Below, piece after piece: positions 10,027 to 19,619 of a DNA stretch of 64,000 bases (within the stretch, counting starts at the first letter, position 1; every line of letters starts with the position of its first letter). Location of the stretch: NCBI GenBank assembly GCA_050175015.1, contig JBFXJJ010000013.1, forward strand, positions 11,446 through 75,445. The letters run 5' to 3'. The stretch comes from Alphaproteobacteria bacterium. Lineage in GTDB: Bacteria > Pseudomonadota > Alphaproteobacteria > JBFXJJ01. Position numbers and translations under genes: made by a program. The notes beneath the pieces were generated by a model. The model ran no database searches. It saw nothing but the letters and a program-made list of their open reading frames with translations, and was not told the DNA's origin.

Positions 10027-11817
10027 ATGATGCATTGCTATCGAAGTCATAATTGTGATGAGTTAAGAGCCAAAGATTCTGGCAAACAAGTAAAATTATC
10101 AGGTTGGGTTCACAGTAAGCGTGACCATGGAAATTTGCTTTTCATCGATTTAAGAGATCACTATGGTATAACTCAATGTGTTATTGATATTTCTTCTAAT
10201 GTTTTTAAAACTTTGGAACATATCCGCTTAGAAAGTGTGATTTGTGTTACAGGTAAGGTTGTAATTCGTGTTGGTGACAATATCAATCCTAAGATTACAA
10301 CAGGGGAAATTGAGATTCAGGTTGATGAAGTTGAGGTGTTATCTGAAGCTGCTATGCTTCCAATCCAGGTTTCTGGTGAACACGACTTCCCAGAAGATTT
10401 GAGACTCCGCTATCGTTTTCTAGACTTGAGAAGAGAAAAAGTTCACAAAAATATGATTCTTCGTTCTCAAGTAATTTCTTCTATCAGAAAGAGAATGATA
10501 GATCAGGGCTTTATGGAATATCAAACTCCTATTCTCACCGCATCTTCACCAGAAGGCGCTCGAGATTTCTTGGTTCCAAGCCGTTTGCATCCTGGAAAAT
10601 TTTATGCTTTGCCGCAAGCTCCACAGCAATTTAAACAGCTTTTGATGGTTTCTGGTTTTGACAGATATTTCCAAATTGCTCCTTGTTTCCGTGATGAGGA
10701 CAGCCGTGCGGACAGGTCTCCAGGTGAATTCTATCAGCTTGATTTCGAAATGGCTTTTGTTACTCAAGACGATGTTTTTGAAGCTATTGAACCTGTTTTA
10801 GCTGGTATCTTTGAGGAATTTTCTAAAGATAAAAAAATAACCAAACCACCGTTTGTTAGAATCCCTTATAGAGAATCAATGCTTAAATATGGAAGTGACA
10901 AACCTGATTTGAGAAATCCTTTGGTTATTTCTGATGTTTCAGAAATCTTTAGAGGTTCAGGTTTTGGTTTCTTTGCAAATGCTGTTGAAAAAGGACATAT
11001 TGTCAGAGCTATTCCAGCGCCCGATGCTTCAACCAGACCAAGAAGCTGGTTTGATAAATTAAATGATTGGGCTAAAGAAACTGGCAATGGCGGTTTAGCT
11101 TATATTAATTTTGCTGTTGATGGGGCAAAAGGTCCTATTGCTAAAAACCTTGATGAAGACCGTATCAACCAAATTAAAACTTTAACAGGTGTTAAAGATG
11201 GCGATGCTCTTTTCTTTATATGTGGAGAGAAGAAAAAGGCTGAAAGTTTTGCTGGCACAGTTAGGACGAGGCTTTGCCAAGACCTTGATTTGCTCGAGAA
11301 AGATGCTTTCAAATTCTGTTGGATTGTTGATTTCCCAATGTTTGAGCAGAATGAAGAAACTGGAGCTATTGAGTTCAGCCATAACCCATTCTCAATGCCA
11401 CAAGGCGGACTAGACGCTCTTTTGAACAAGGATCCTTTGGATATTTTGGCATATCAGTATGATATTGTTTGTAACGGCATTGAGCTTTCTTCTGGTGCGA
11501 TTAGAAACCATTTACCAGAAATTATGTACAAAGCTTTTGAAATTGCTGGCTATGGCAAAGAAGTTGTTGAAAACAAATTTGGCGGTATGTTGAATGCCTT
11601 TAAGTATGGAGCTCCTCCACACGGTGGCTCTGCTCCAGGTATTGACCGTATCGTGATGCTGTTAGCCGATGAACCTAACATTAGAGAAGTTATTTTATTC
11701 CCAATGAATCAGAAAGCTGAAGATTTGCTTATGCAGGCACCTTCAGAAGCTACGGAAAAGCAATTAAGAGAACTTCACATTAAGATTAATGTGCCTCCTA
11801 AAGCTTCAACAAAATAA
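10027..11817 (+). CDS. aspS: Aspartate-tRNA ligase, probably non-discriminating Asp/Asn type
   Basis: [15 protein letters not shown] fold, [26 protein letters not shown] motif 3. Confidence 0.98.
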   Translation: MMHCYRSHNCDELRAKDSGKQVKLSGWVHSKRDHGNLLFIDLRDHYGITQCVIDISSNVFKTLEHIRLESVICVTGKVVIRVGDNINPKITTGEIEIQVDEVEVLSEAAMLPIQVSGEHDFPEDLRLRYRFLDLRREKVHKNMILRSQVISSIRKRMIDQGFMEYQTPILTASSPEGARDFLVPSRLHPGKFYALPQAPQQFKQLLMVSGFDRYFQIAPCFRDEDSRADRSPGEFYQLDFEMAFVTQDDVFEAIEPVLAGIFEEFSKDKKITKPPFVRIPYRESMLKYGSDKPDLRNPLVISDVSEIFRGSGFGFFANAVEKGHIVRAIPAPDASTRPRSWFDKLNDWAKETGNGGLAYINFAVDGAKGPIAKNLDEDRINQIKTLTGVKDGDALFFICGEKKKAESFAGTVRTRLCQDLDLLEKDAFKFCWIVDFPMFEQNEETGAIEFSHNPFSMPQGGLDALLNKDPLDILAYQYDIVCNGIELSSGAIRNHLPEIMYKAFEIAGYGKEVVENKFGGMLNAFKYGAPPHGGSAPGIDRIVMLLADEPNIREVILFPMNQKAEDLLMQAPSEATEKQLRELHIKINVPPKASTK

Positions 11818-11840
11818 CTTTTTTTGTTAAATAATGTTTT

Positions 11841-11875
11841 AAAAAGCAGTCTGATAATATTCAGGCTGCTTTTTT
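11841..11875 (+). terminator. Intrinsic terminator after aspS, potentially bidirectional
   Basis: aaaaagcagtctga-taatat-tcaggctgcttttt. Confidence 0.8.
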
Positions 11876-12083
11876 ATATGTTCTAAGCACAAGATAATGC
11901 TTTACAGATTAAGAATTTTTTCAAAAAATTCTTAACAATCCTTAAAATTATTTTTAAAAAAGTTTTACTTTTGCTTTTGCCGTAAAACAAAGTTATGAAC
12001 GTTAATTTTCATATAAACAAATGAAAGATGCTTTAAAATCTTTGCCAGTAAAAAAAGTTTTCTTAATTTAGGCTTTCTAGTTT

Positions 12084-13337
12084 TTAACCGATTTTGGATT
12101 TTGTTATTAAGAAAGCGTTGTCAATTGCTTGCAAAGTTCTATTAAGTTCAGCTTGAGAATGTCTGTAGCAGATATACCCGTGATGATAAGGTTGCAAAAA
12201 GATTCCTTGTCTAATGAGCTGGGTATAAAATTCGTTACGGCGTTTTTTATAGATGCCATCTTCAGTCTTATCAAAGGTGATATAAAACATTAAACCTGTA
12301 CCGCTGAGCCTTGCTCCTAAATTATGTTTATCTATAACGGTTTGTATCTTTTGATAAAAATCTTTGCCCGTGTTCCACATTTTATCAAGAACACAATCAC
12401 GGCGCAAAATTTCAACTGTTTTTAATGCCGCAACATAGCTATCACTGTTAGGGAAAAAGGTTGAAGATATAAAAACGTCTTTTTCTCCTTTCATCATAAT
12501 TTCACGCTTACCGCATAGAGCTCCTATGGCATATCCATTTGCCATAGCCTTACCAAATGTGGATAAATCAGGGGTTACACCATAATATTTCTGGGCTCCG
12601 CCAAGAGACATTCTAAAACCTGTTCGGATTTCATCAAAAATCAAAACAACCCCATATTCATCGGCAAGTTTTCTAACGCCTTCTAAAAAGCCATCTTTAG
12701 GGTCTTGCATAGGAAGAGCTGTCGGGTGTCCGTAAGGTGTAACGATAATGGCTGCGGTATCATCTTTATGGGTTTTAAGAAGATTTTCTAGTTCATCTAG
12801 CTTGTTATAATGAAACTCAAACACATCTTCATAAAGCTTTTCTGGTACGCCGCCTTTAACTTCAACACACCAGTCGTGCCAGCCGTGATAGCCGCACCTG
12901 AGAATTTTTGTTTTTCCGGTATACCCTCTAGCCATTCTAACAGCGCAGGTTGTCGCATCAGAACCCGTTTTAACAAATATGGTCATTTCGGCGCAAGGGA
13001 TAAGCTCTTTTAGAATAGAGGCTAATTCGTTTTGATATTCTTGAGTAAGAGAAAAACAAAATCCTTTATCTCTTATTTGTTTAATTACCGCTTCATCAAC
13101 TTCTTCTTCACGGTATCCTAAAATAATTGGACCATAAGCACACAGAAAATCAATATATTCATTACCATCAATATCTATAACTCTGCCACCTTTACCACTT
13201 TCAAAATAAATAGGATATTCGCCTTCAACAAAGTTATAAGGCCGTCTAATTCCTAAAACCGCTCCTGGAATAATTTTTTTAGCATTTTCGTAAGTCGTCA
13301 GAGATTTATTAAGATTTAATTTTGGAAATTCGAGCAT
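12084..13337 (-). CDS. kat: Class III PLP aminotransferase, probable 3-aminobutyryl-CoA aminotransferase (Kat)
   Basis: LIFDEIRTGFR, TFGKAMANG (PLP Lys); GAVLGIRRPYNFVEGEYP, GYHGWHDWCVEVKGG, SSTFFPNS and QPYHHGYICYRH segments match my recollection of Cloacimonas Kat; about 3 kb from kdd-kce-kam. Confidence 0.8.
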   Translation of the reverse strand: MLEFPKLNLNKSLTTYENAKKIIPGAVLGIRRPYNFVEGEYPIYFESGKGGRVIDIDGNEYIDFLCAYGPIILGYREEEVDEAVIKQIRDKGFCFSLTQEYQNELASILKELIPCAEMTIFVKTGSDATTCAVRMARGYTGKTKILRCGYHGWHDWCVEVKGGVPEKLYEDVFEFHYNKLDELENLLKTHKDDTAAIIVTPYGHPTALPMQDPKDGFLEGVRKLADEYGVVLIFDEIRTGFRMSLGGAQKYYGVTPDLSTFGKAMANGYAIGALCGKREIMMKGEKDVFISSTFFPNSDSYVAALKTVEILRRDCVLDKMWNTGKDFYQKIQTVIDKHNLGARLSGTGLMFYITFDKTEDGIYKKRRNEFYTQLIRQGIFLQPYHHGYICYRHSQAELNRTLQAIDNAFLITKSKIG

Positions 13338-13405
13338 TTTAAACTCCTAATTAATAAGAGATTTAGTTAAGAAAATTTAAGTAACGATTAGATGCCAGTC
13401 TAAGA

Positions 13406-15301
13406 CTACTCAGAAGGTTGAGCCTGATTTTTATCAGTTTCCATTGTCGAAGTCTTGCCATTTGTTTGTTCTGTTGCCGCTGTTCCAGAGTTGTTTGCGC
13501 CTGTTGTGTTATAAACATCGGAACCAGCTGATGAATCATTGTTAATAAAGGTTGCATCATCAGGATTAACAACCGGCGTTGTTACAAAGCCTGAATCGGG
13601 TTCATTGGTTTCATCATCAACTAAAGGCTCACTTCCAGTGATTTTAGGTTCAGGAACAGGCATAAATAAAACTTTTCCAGGAGGCAGAACTTCTTTTGGT
13701 TTTACCTTTTGCGGCATTAATTGTCTTGGTGCTTTTTCGTGAGGAATACAATTGAAGTTTTGATCACAAACGTTAGGATTCAAGCACAACATAGAACTAT
13801 ATCCAATAGAATGGCACGGTTTGCACGCATTATTGCGCCAGTAAGGCAAGTATTCTGGGCAAGAAGCACAAATTGCACCGCCTCTAGTATCACATTCCGA
13901 GCATTCGAAGTTGCCGTTGCATTGGTAGCCCTCACGCAGGCAGTGATCGCTTACGCCCATAGGAGAGTGGCAAGGACGGCAAGCCCCATTACGCCAGTAA
14001 GGCATATTTTCAGGGCAAGAAGGACAGGTTGCGGTATCATTGCGATCGCATTCTGAACACTCATAATTTGAGTTACAGTTGCGTCCTGCTGACTTACAGA
14101 AATCACTTGTTCCTCTTGCGGAGTGGCAAGGTCTACAGAAACCGTTGCGCCAATAAGGAGCATCTTTCGGACATAATGGACAGGTCTTGGTACCAGTTAT
14201 ATCGCAGTTAACGCAATCATAATTCTTGTTGCAGGCATTGCCTTCTTTATGGCAGAAATCGCTTGTGCCACCTGTGTTTTCATAGCAAGGCTTGCATTCG
14301 CCGTTACGCCAGTAAGGAGCATCTTTCGGACATAATGGGCAAGTATTGGTTCCAATGGTTTCACATTCAACGCATTCATAGTCTGTGCCGCAATAATGAC
14401 CATCAGCCTTGCAGAATTGACTGAGACCTTTTTTAGCATTACAAGGTCTGCAGAAGCCATCACGCCAGTAAGGGGCTTCTTCTGGACACAGGGCACAGGT
14501 TGCTGTTCCCGTTTCATCGCATTCTTTAGGCTGTGTAACATAGTTAAGGTTGCGATCAGCTTTGAACATCTTATTGCGTGATAAACCATCTTTAACAAAG
14601 CGCATTAAAATATAACCAACTTTACCGCCATAAGCAGTTCCTGAAGCTCCTATAGAGTAGTGAGCTCCAATAAGACCATAATCTAAATCAATGAAATCAA
14701 CACTGTAAACGGTTGTCATTACAGAGCTGCCAACTGTTGTTAAGCGGCATTCATGTCCTGTTGCATCTTCCATAATAATTTGATCTGGAGAATTAACAGA
14801 TATTACAGTTTTTGAAGGTCTGCAGCTCGGAGTAATACCGTTAAAATAGTATTTGTAACCGATTATTAATTCAATTTTTTGTTCAGCGCGAAGAAGTCTA
14901 ACATCTGATAAATCTGCTGAATCTACGAAGATGTTTCCTGGGGTTATTCCAGCTTTTACGGGATAAGAAATAAAATTATCATAACATTTATGGTGAATTT
15001 CATCAGCTTCGCAAAGCAAAACCGTGGAGTAAACATTAGTATCAAAGAAATACCATAGAGTATTAAAGATAAATTCACGATTGTTTAGTTTGTTGGTTGC
15101 AACGCACTGATGTGAACGGCAAAGCATTATAGCGTCAGGGGTTCTGGAAAAAATGGGAGAAGGGGGTAAACTTGAGTGAACCTCATCAAGAAAAACCGCG
15201 GTATCATCGTAACCATAAGGAGCCTGATAACAGGAAGCCATTATCAAAGCTAGAACTAAAACACATAATTTTTTTGAGTATTTCTTTAACCCAGAAGTCA
15301 T
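13406..15301 (-). CDS. Predicted lipoprotein with five tandem Cys-rich repeats and a Pro/acidic/Thr-rich tail
   Basis: MTSGLKKYSKKLCVLVLALIMAS|C signal/lipobox (ATG 15301; ORF track starts at 15349); repeats with CPxxxPYWRxxxCxPC core. Confidence 0.75.
   Translation of the reverse strand: MTSGLKKYSKKLCVLVLALIMASCYQAPYGYDDTAVFLDEVHSSLPPSPIFSRTPDAIMLCRSHQCVATNKLNNREFIFNTLWYFFDTNVYSTVLLCEADEIHHKCYDNFISYPVKAGITPGNIFVDSADLSDVRLLRAEQKIELIIGYKYYFNGITPSCRPSKTVISVNSPDQIIMEDATGHECRLTTVGSSVMTTVYSVDFIDLDYGLIGAHYSIGASGTAYGGKVGYILMRFVKDGLSRNKMFKADRNLNYVTQPKECDETGTATCALCPEEAPYWRDGFCRPCNAKKGLSQFCKADGHYCGTDYECVECETIGTNTCPLCPKDAPYWRNGECKPCYENTGGTSDFCHKEGNACNKNYDCVNCDITGTKTCPLCPKDAPYWRNGFCRPCHSARGTSDFCKSAGRNCNSNYECSECDRNDTATCPSCPENMPYWRNGACRPCHSPMGVSDHCLREGYQCNGNFECSECDTRGGAICASCPEYLPYWRNNACKPCHSIGYSSMLCLNPNVCDQNFNCIPHEKAPRQLMPQKVKPKEVLPPGKVLFMPVPEPKITGSEPLVDDETNEPDSGFVTTPVVNPDDATFINNDSSAGSDVYNTTGANNSGTAATEQTNGKTSTMETDKNQAQPSE
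13748..14527 (-). repeat. Five tandem coding repeats of about 156 bp (about 52 aa, 8 Cys each)
   Basis: 780 bp = 260 codons; repeats 2 and 3 share an identical 26-mer taaggagcatctttcggacataatgg at 14313-14338 and 14154-14179. Confidence 0.9.
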
Positions 15302-15456
15302 AAAAATATATTTCCACAAACTTAAAGTTTTATTATCTTTTAAGCACAATAATTTGTTATTATAATTTTTTCAATCTACTAAATTTTTCAATCTACAATA
15401 AATGCTATTTCAATAAAATTCTATATATTTTTTTAATTTATACGGAGGCTTTCAAA

Positions 15457-16362
15457 GTGATTACGGTTTTTGGTTCTATAAATGCTGACTTTATTTTGGC
15501 TCTTAAAGATTTTCCTGCCCCTAAAGAGACGGTTTTGTGCCCGTCATATGAGATAAAAATTGGGGGAAAAGGTGCTAATCAAGCGGCAGCAGCTTCTCTT
15601 TCTGGTGGAAGTGTTGAAATGTTTGGAACTGTTGGCCGTGACGATTTTGGTAGTTTTGCAAAAGGAAAAATGGCTCATAAAGGTGTTGATATTTCTAACA
15701 TTAAGGAAGGTGATGCGCCAACAGCGGTTGCGATAGTTATGGTTGATAGCAAGGGTGAAAACTCAATCGTAGTGGCATCTGGAGCTAATCTTTTATCAAA
15801 AGCCGAAGATGTTCCAGATGAAGCTTTGAGCAATGACAAGGTTTTGGTTTTGCAAATGGAAGTTTCTAAAGAGGAAAATTTTAAACTTTTAAAAAGAGCC
15901 AAAAAGTTAGGCGCCAAAACCATTTTGAATGTTGCTCCCGCTGCGGAACTTCCTAATGATATTCTGCCTTTCGTTGACTACTTGATAGTTAATGAGGTTG
16001 AAGCTTTGATGGTCGCTAAAAGCCTTAAAATCAAAGGAAGTGATATTGCTGTGATTTTAAAGAAAATATCAGAGGTTTCTAAAGGCGTATGTATAGCGAC
16101 TCTTGGTGGCGATGGTGTTTTAGCGGTTTCTGATAAGGAAGAAATAAAAGTTGAAGCCATAAAAATAAAACCTGTTGATACAACGGGGGCTGGCGATGCT
16201 TTTGTCGGCATTTTTGCTGCGGCGGTTGATGAGGGGCTTAATTTAAAAGATGCCTTAAAAAGAGCCTCGGTTGGAGCCTCGCTTGCTTGTCTTGGTCTAG
16301 GCGCCCAAGAAGCTCTTCCCACAAGAAACGATATTTTAGTAAAAATAGCTGAAGAGGCTTAA
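15457..16362 (+). CDS. rbsK: Ribokinase (PfkB family)
   Basis: GSINAD, GGKGANQA, NEVEA, DTTGAGDAF; GGAGG RBS, GTG start. Confidence 0.88.
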   Translation: MITVFGSINADFILALKDFPAPKETVLCPSYEIKIGGKGANQAAAASLSGGSVEMFGTVGRDDFGSFAKGKMAHKGVDISNIKEGDAPTAVAIVMVDSKGENSIVVASGANLLSKAEDVPDEALSNDKVLVLQMEVSKEENFKLLKRAKKLGAKTILNVAPAAELPNDILPFVDYLIVNEVEALMVAKSLKIKGSDIAVILKKISEVSKGVCIATLGGDGVLAVSDKEEIKVEAIKIKPVDTTGAGDAFVGIFAAAVDEGLNLKDALKRASVGASLACLGLGAQEALPTRNDILVKIAEEA

Positions 16363-16436
16363 AAAATCTTTCTTGAATCCTGCTTTTGAAGAGAATAGCA
16401 TCAAACATTAAATTTAATTATCTAAAGAGGAAATAT

Positions 16437-17495
16437 ATGAACAATATTACAGAGAAAAAAAACGGCTGTCCGTTCGGTTCACACCGTGTTTTAGAGCCTA
16501 AAGGTCTTTTGCCGCAGGCAGCAGTGAAGCTTAATAATGATATGTCAACGATTTACTCTAATGAGATATTGATTGATGTTGAAACTCTTAATATTGATTC
16601 TGCAAGTTTTCATCAAATATCCGAATCGGTTGGCGGTGATGATGCTCTTATTATGAAAAGAGTTAAAGAAATAGTTGCAACCAAAGGAAAACATCAAAAT
16701 CCTGTAACAGGATCAGGCGGTGTTTTAATTGGAAAAGTTGCTAAAATCGGCTCTGATTTAGAAGGCAAAGTTAAAGTAAAAGTTGGCGATACTATTGTTA
16801 CGCTGGTTTCTTTGTCATTAACACCCCTTAGAATTGATGAAACTTTATGCGTTCGTAAAGATATGGATCAAGTAGATGTTAAAGGGCAGGCAATTTTATT
16901 TGAAAAAACCGTTTATGCCAAACTTCCAGAAGATCTGCCAAGAGGCATTGCTCTTTCAGTTTTAGATGTTGCTGGGGCTCCAGCTCAAGTCGAAAGATTA
17001 GTAAAAAAAGGCGATAAAGTATTAATTCTAGGAGCTGGCGGCAAGTCTGGAATGCTCTGTTCCTATGTAGCCAAAAAGATGTCAGGCAAAGAAGGTTTGG
17101 TAATAGGAAATACCCATTCCCCATCTTCGACAGAAAGATTAAAAAAACTTGGCATCTGCGATTACGTTTTTGCCGCAGACTGTACTAAACCCCTTGATAT
17201 TTATCAGAAAATCTATGAATTAACTGATGGTAAAATGGTTGATGTTGCTATTAACTGCGTTAACATTGAAGGAAGCGAAATGGCAACTATTCTTCCTGTG
17301 CGTCAACGTGGTGTTGTTTATTTCTTTAGTATGGCAACAAGTTTTACCAGAGCGGCGCTAGGTGCTGAGGGTTACGGTTTTGATGTCGATATGATTATAG
17401 GGAACGGATTTGCCGAAAATCACGGTAATATTTCCTTAGATGTTTTAAGGGAATCTAAGGAATTAAGAGATGTTTTTGAGAAACTCTTTGTGTGA
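16437..17495 (+). CDS. kdd: L-erythro-3,5-diaminohexanoate dehydrogenase
   Basis: GCPFGSHRVLEPKG, NIDSASF, GKHQNPVTGSGG, LVSLSLTPL, LDVAGAPAQ, GAGGKSG, FFSMATSF; ATG 16437 after AGAGG. Confidence 0.93.
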   Translation: MNNITEKKNGCPFGSHRVLEPKGLLPQAAVKLNNDMSTIYSNEILIDVETLNIDSASFHQISESVGGDDALIMKRVKEIVATKGKHQNPVTGSGGVLIGKVAKIGSDLEGKVKVKVGDTIVTLVSLSLTPLRIDETLCVRKDMDQVDVKGQAILFEKTVYAKLPEDLPRGIALSVLDVAGAPAQVERLVKKGDKVLILGAGGKSGMLCSYVAKKMSGKEGLVIGNTHSPSSTERLKKLGICDYVFAADCTKPLDIYQKIYELTDGKMVDVAINCVNIEGSEMATILPVRQRGVVYFFSMATSFTRAALGAEGYGFDVDMIIGNGFAENHGNISLDVLRESKELRDVFEKLFV

Positions 17496-17512
17496 TTTTT
17501 GAGGCAGTTAAT

Positions 17513-18337
17513 ATGAATAAGACGATTATTACTTGTGCGGTATGCGGAGCCGAAACCACCAGAGAGCAAAACCCAAATCTTCCAATTACGCCAGATGAAA
17601 TAGCCGCAGCAGCTTTGGAAGCTAGAAAGGCTGGAGCCGCTATTTTACATTTGCACGTAAGAAAAAACGATGGTTCGCCAACGCAGGATATTGAAGTTTT
17701 TAAAGAAGCTATCAAAAAAATTAGGGATTTAACCGATTTAGTAATAGAAGTAACCACGGGCGGGGCTGTTGGTATGAGCCTTGAAGAAAGGCTTATGCCG
17801 TTAAAGTTAAAACCTGAAATGGCATCGCTCGATTGTGGAACGGTCAATTTTGGCGATGACTACATCATCAATACAATGCCGATGATGCGTGATGCGGCCA
17901 AAGAAATGAATAAATATGAGGTTCGTCCAACGATTGAATGTTTTGATATTTCTCATATTGATGCATCTAAGATATTGATAAGAGAAGGATTAATTGAAGC
18001 TCCACTGCATTATGGCTTAGTTTTTAATGTGCCATCTGCTGTTCGGTATGATGCTGAGACTTTATCTTTTTTTGTTAAAAGGCTTCCCGAAGGAGCAAAT
18101 TGGACGGCCGTAGGAGTAGGGGGAAAAGCTGCTCTTGAGGCTTCGGTTGGAGCCTTGGCTATGGGGGGAAATATTAGAGTAGGCTTTGAAGACAATGTCT
18201 ATATGACCAAGGGTGTTCTTGCTCAAAGTAATGCAGAACTGGTTGAGCGGGCGGCAAAAATGATAACCGCTTGCGGCAATCTCGTGGCAACGCCAGATGA
18301 TGTAAGAACAATGTTTAAAATTAAAAATAATATTTAA
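17513..18337 (+). CDS. kce: 3-keto-5-aminohexanoate cleavage enzyme (BKACE/DUF849)
   Basis: IITCAVCGAE…NPNLPITPDE, HLHVR, TTGGAVG, RVGFED; lies between kdd and kamA; ATG 17513 after GAGG. Confidence 0.92.
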   Translation: MNKTIITCAVCGAETTREQNPNLPITPDEIAAAALEARKAGAAILHLHVRKNDGSPTQDIEVFKEAIKKIRDLTDLVIEVTTGGAVGMSLEERLMPLKLKPEMASLDCGTVNFGDDYIINTMPMMRDAAKEMNKYEVRPTIECFDISHIDASKILIREGLIEAPLHYGLVFNVPSAVRYDAETLSFFVKRLPEGANWTAVGVGGKAALEASVGALAMGGNIRVGFEDNVYMTKGVLAQSNAELVERAAKMITACGNLVATPDDVRTMFKIKNNI

Positions 18338-18350
18338 AGTAGGTAGTAGT

Positions 18351-19619
18351 ATGAAAACTTATGCTGCTGTTGATTATAAAAGAGTTCCGCTTTTTAAAGA
18401 TGTTTCTGAAAAAGATTGGTACGATTGGAAATGGCAAATCAAAAATGTCGTGCGTGATGTTGCAACATTAAAAAAGATTATTGAGGTAACAGATAAGGAA
18501 GAAGAAGACTTAAATAAGTGTTTATCTCGTTTTCAAATGTCAATCACGCCTTATTATGCGTCATTAATGGATAAAGCTTATCGTTTATGTTCTGTAAGGC
18601 TTCAGGCTGTTCCTGATGCCAGAGAACTTAATGACAGCTCAAGTGATTTGGACGATCCTTTGTCTGAAGATGAAGATTCTCCAGTGCCAGGTTTAACGCA
18701 TCGTTATCCTGACAGAGTGTTGTTTCTTGTTACCGATATATGCTCAATGAATTGCCGCCACTGCACAAGACGCAGATTGGTTGGTCAAAAGGATAAACAT
18801 CTTAATACATCAGATTTAGAAAAGGGTTTTGAATATATCCGTAATCATAAAGAAGTTAGAGATGTTTTGATTAGCGGCGGCGATCCTTTCACGCTTGATG
18901 ATGACCGTTTAGAGTATATTATTAAAAGCATCAGAGCGATTGAACACGTTGAGATTATTCGTATTGGGACGAGAACACCTGTTGTGATGCCGATGCGTAT
19001 TACGGATAACCTTGTTAATATGCTTAAAAAATATCACCCTATTTATGTAAACACTCATTTTAACCATTATTCGGAAGTTACTCTTGAATCCAAGGAGGCT
19101 TGTGAAAAATTGGCTAATGCGGGAATTTCTATCGGCAATCAAAGTGTGCTTTTGCGTGATGTTAATGACTGCCCACGCATTATGAAAAAACTGGTACACG
19201 AGCTTTTGATGATAAGAGTTCGCCCTTATTATATTTATCAATGTGATTTATCACGAGGGATAGGACACTTTAGAACTTCAATAGCTAAAGGTCTTCAGAT
19301 TATTGAAAGCCTGCGTGGTCATACCAGCGGACTTGCGGTTCCAACTTTTGTGGTCGATGCTCCGGGAGGCGGCGGCAAAATTCCTGTAATGCCTCAATAT
19401 ACGCTTTCTCGTTCAGATAAGCATATGATTTTGCGCAATTACGAAGGGGTAATTACAACCTATACCGAGCCAGAAAATATCTATTCTAATTGCTGGTGCG
19501 AGCTTTGCAAAAATAATGAATATGGTCCAGAAGATGGCGTTGCTAAGTTGCTTATGGGCGAAAAATTAGTTTTAGAACCTTCTGATATGAAGAGAAAACA
19601 AAGGCATAGGCATGAATAA
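18351..19619 (+). CDS. kamA: Lysine 2,3-aminomutase (radical SAM, PLP)
   Basis: HRYPDR, CSMNCRHC, SGGD, QSVLLR, DAPGGGGK (PLP Lys), C-terminal CWCELC; catabolic context. Confidence 0.96.
   Translation: MKTYAAVDYKRVPLFKDVSEKDWYDWKWQIKNVVRDVATLKKIIEVTDKEEEDLNKCLSRFQMSITPYYASLMDKAYRLCSVRLQAVPDARELNDSSSDLDDPLSEDEDSPVPGLTHRYPDRVLFLVTDICSMNCRHCTRRRLVGQKDKHLNTSDLEKGFEYIRNHKEVRDVLISGGDPFTLDDDRLEYIIKSIRAIEHVEIIRIGTRTPVVMPMRITDNLVNMLKKYHPIYVNTHFNHYSEVTLESKEACEKLANAGISIGNQSVLLRDVNDCPRIMKKLVHELLMIRVRPYYIYQCDLSRGIGHFRTSIAKGLQIIESLRGHTSGLAVPTFVVDAPGGGGKIPVMPQYTLSRSDKHMILRNYEGVITTYTEPENIYSNCWCELCKNNEYGPEDGVAKLLMGEKLVLEPSDMKRKQRHRHE

Noticed and set aside
12084-13337. Annotation as hemL (glutamate-1-semialdehyde aminomutase)
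   Set aside because: Same fold but lacks the HemL PGGVNSPVRA and GTLSGNP motifs; sequence features and context fit Kat better
13748-14527. Regularly spaced DNA repeats as a possible CRISPR array
   Set aside because: Period is about 156 bp and in frame, differences are codon-like, the intervening sequences are homologous, and there are no cas genes; it is a coding repeat
16363-16436. Lysine or cobalamin riboswitch before kdd
   Set aside because: 74-bp gap is too short and unstructured
18351-19619. Annotation as EF-P modification enzyme EpmB
   Set aside because: Full-length clostridial-type protein with C-terminal Cys cluster, inside a kdd/kce/kamDE operon; no efp or epmA nearby
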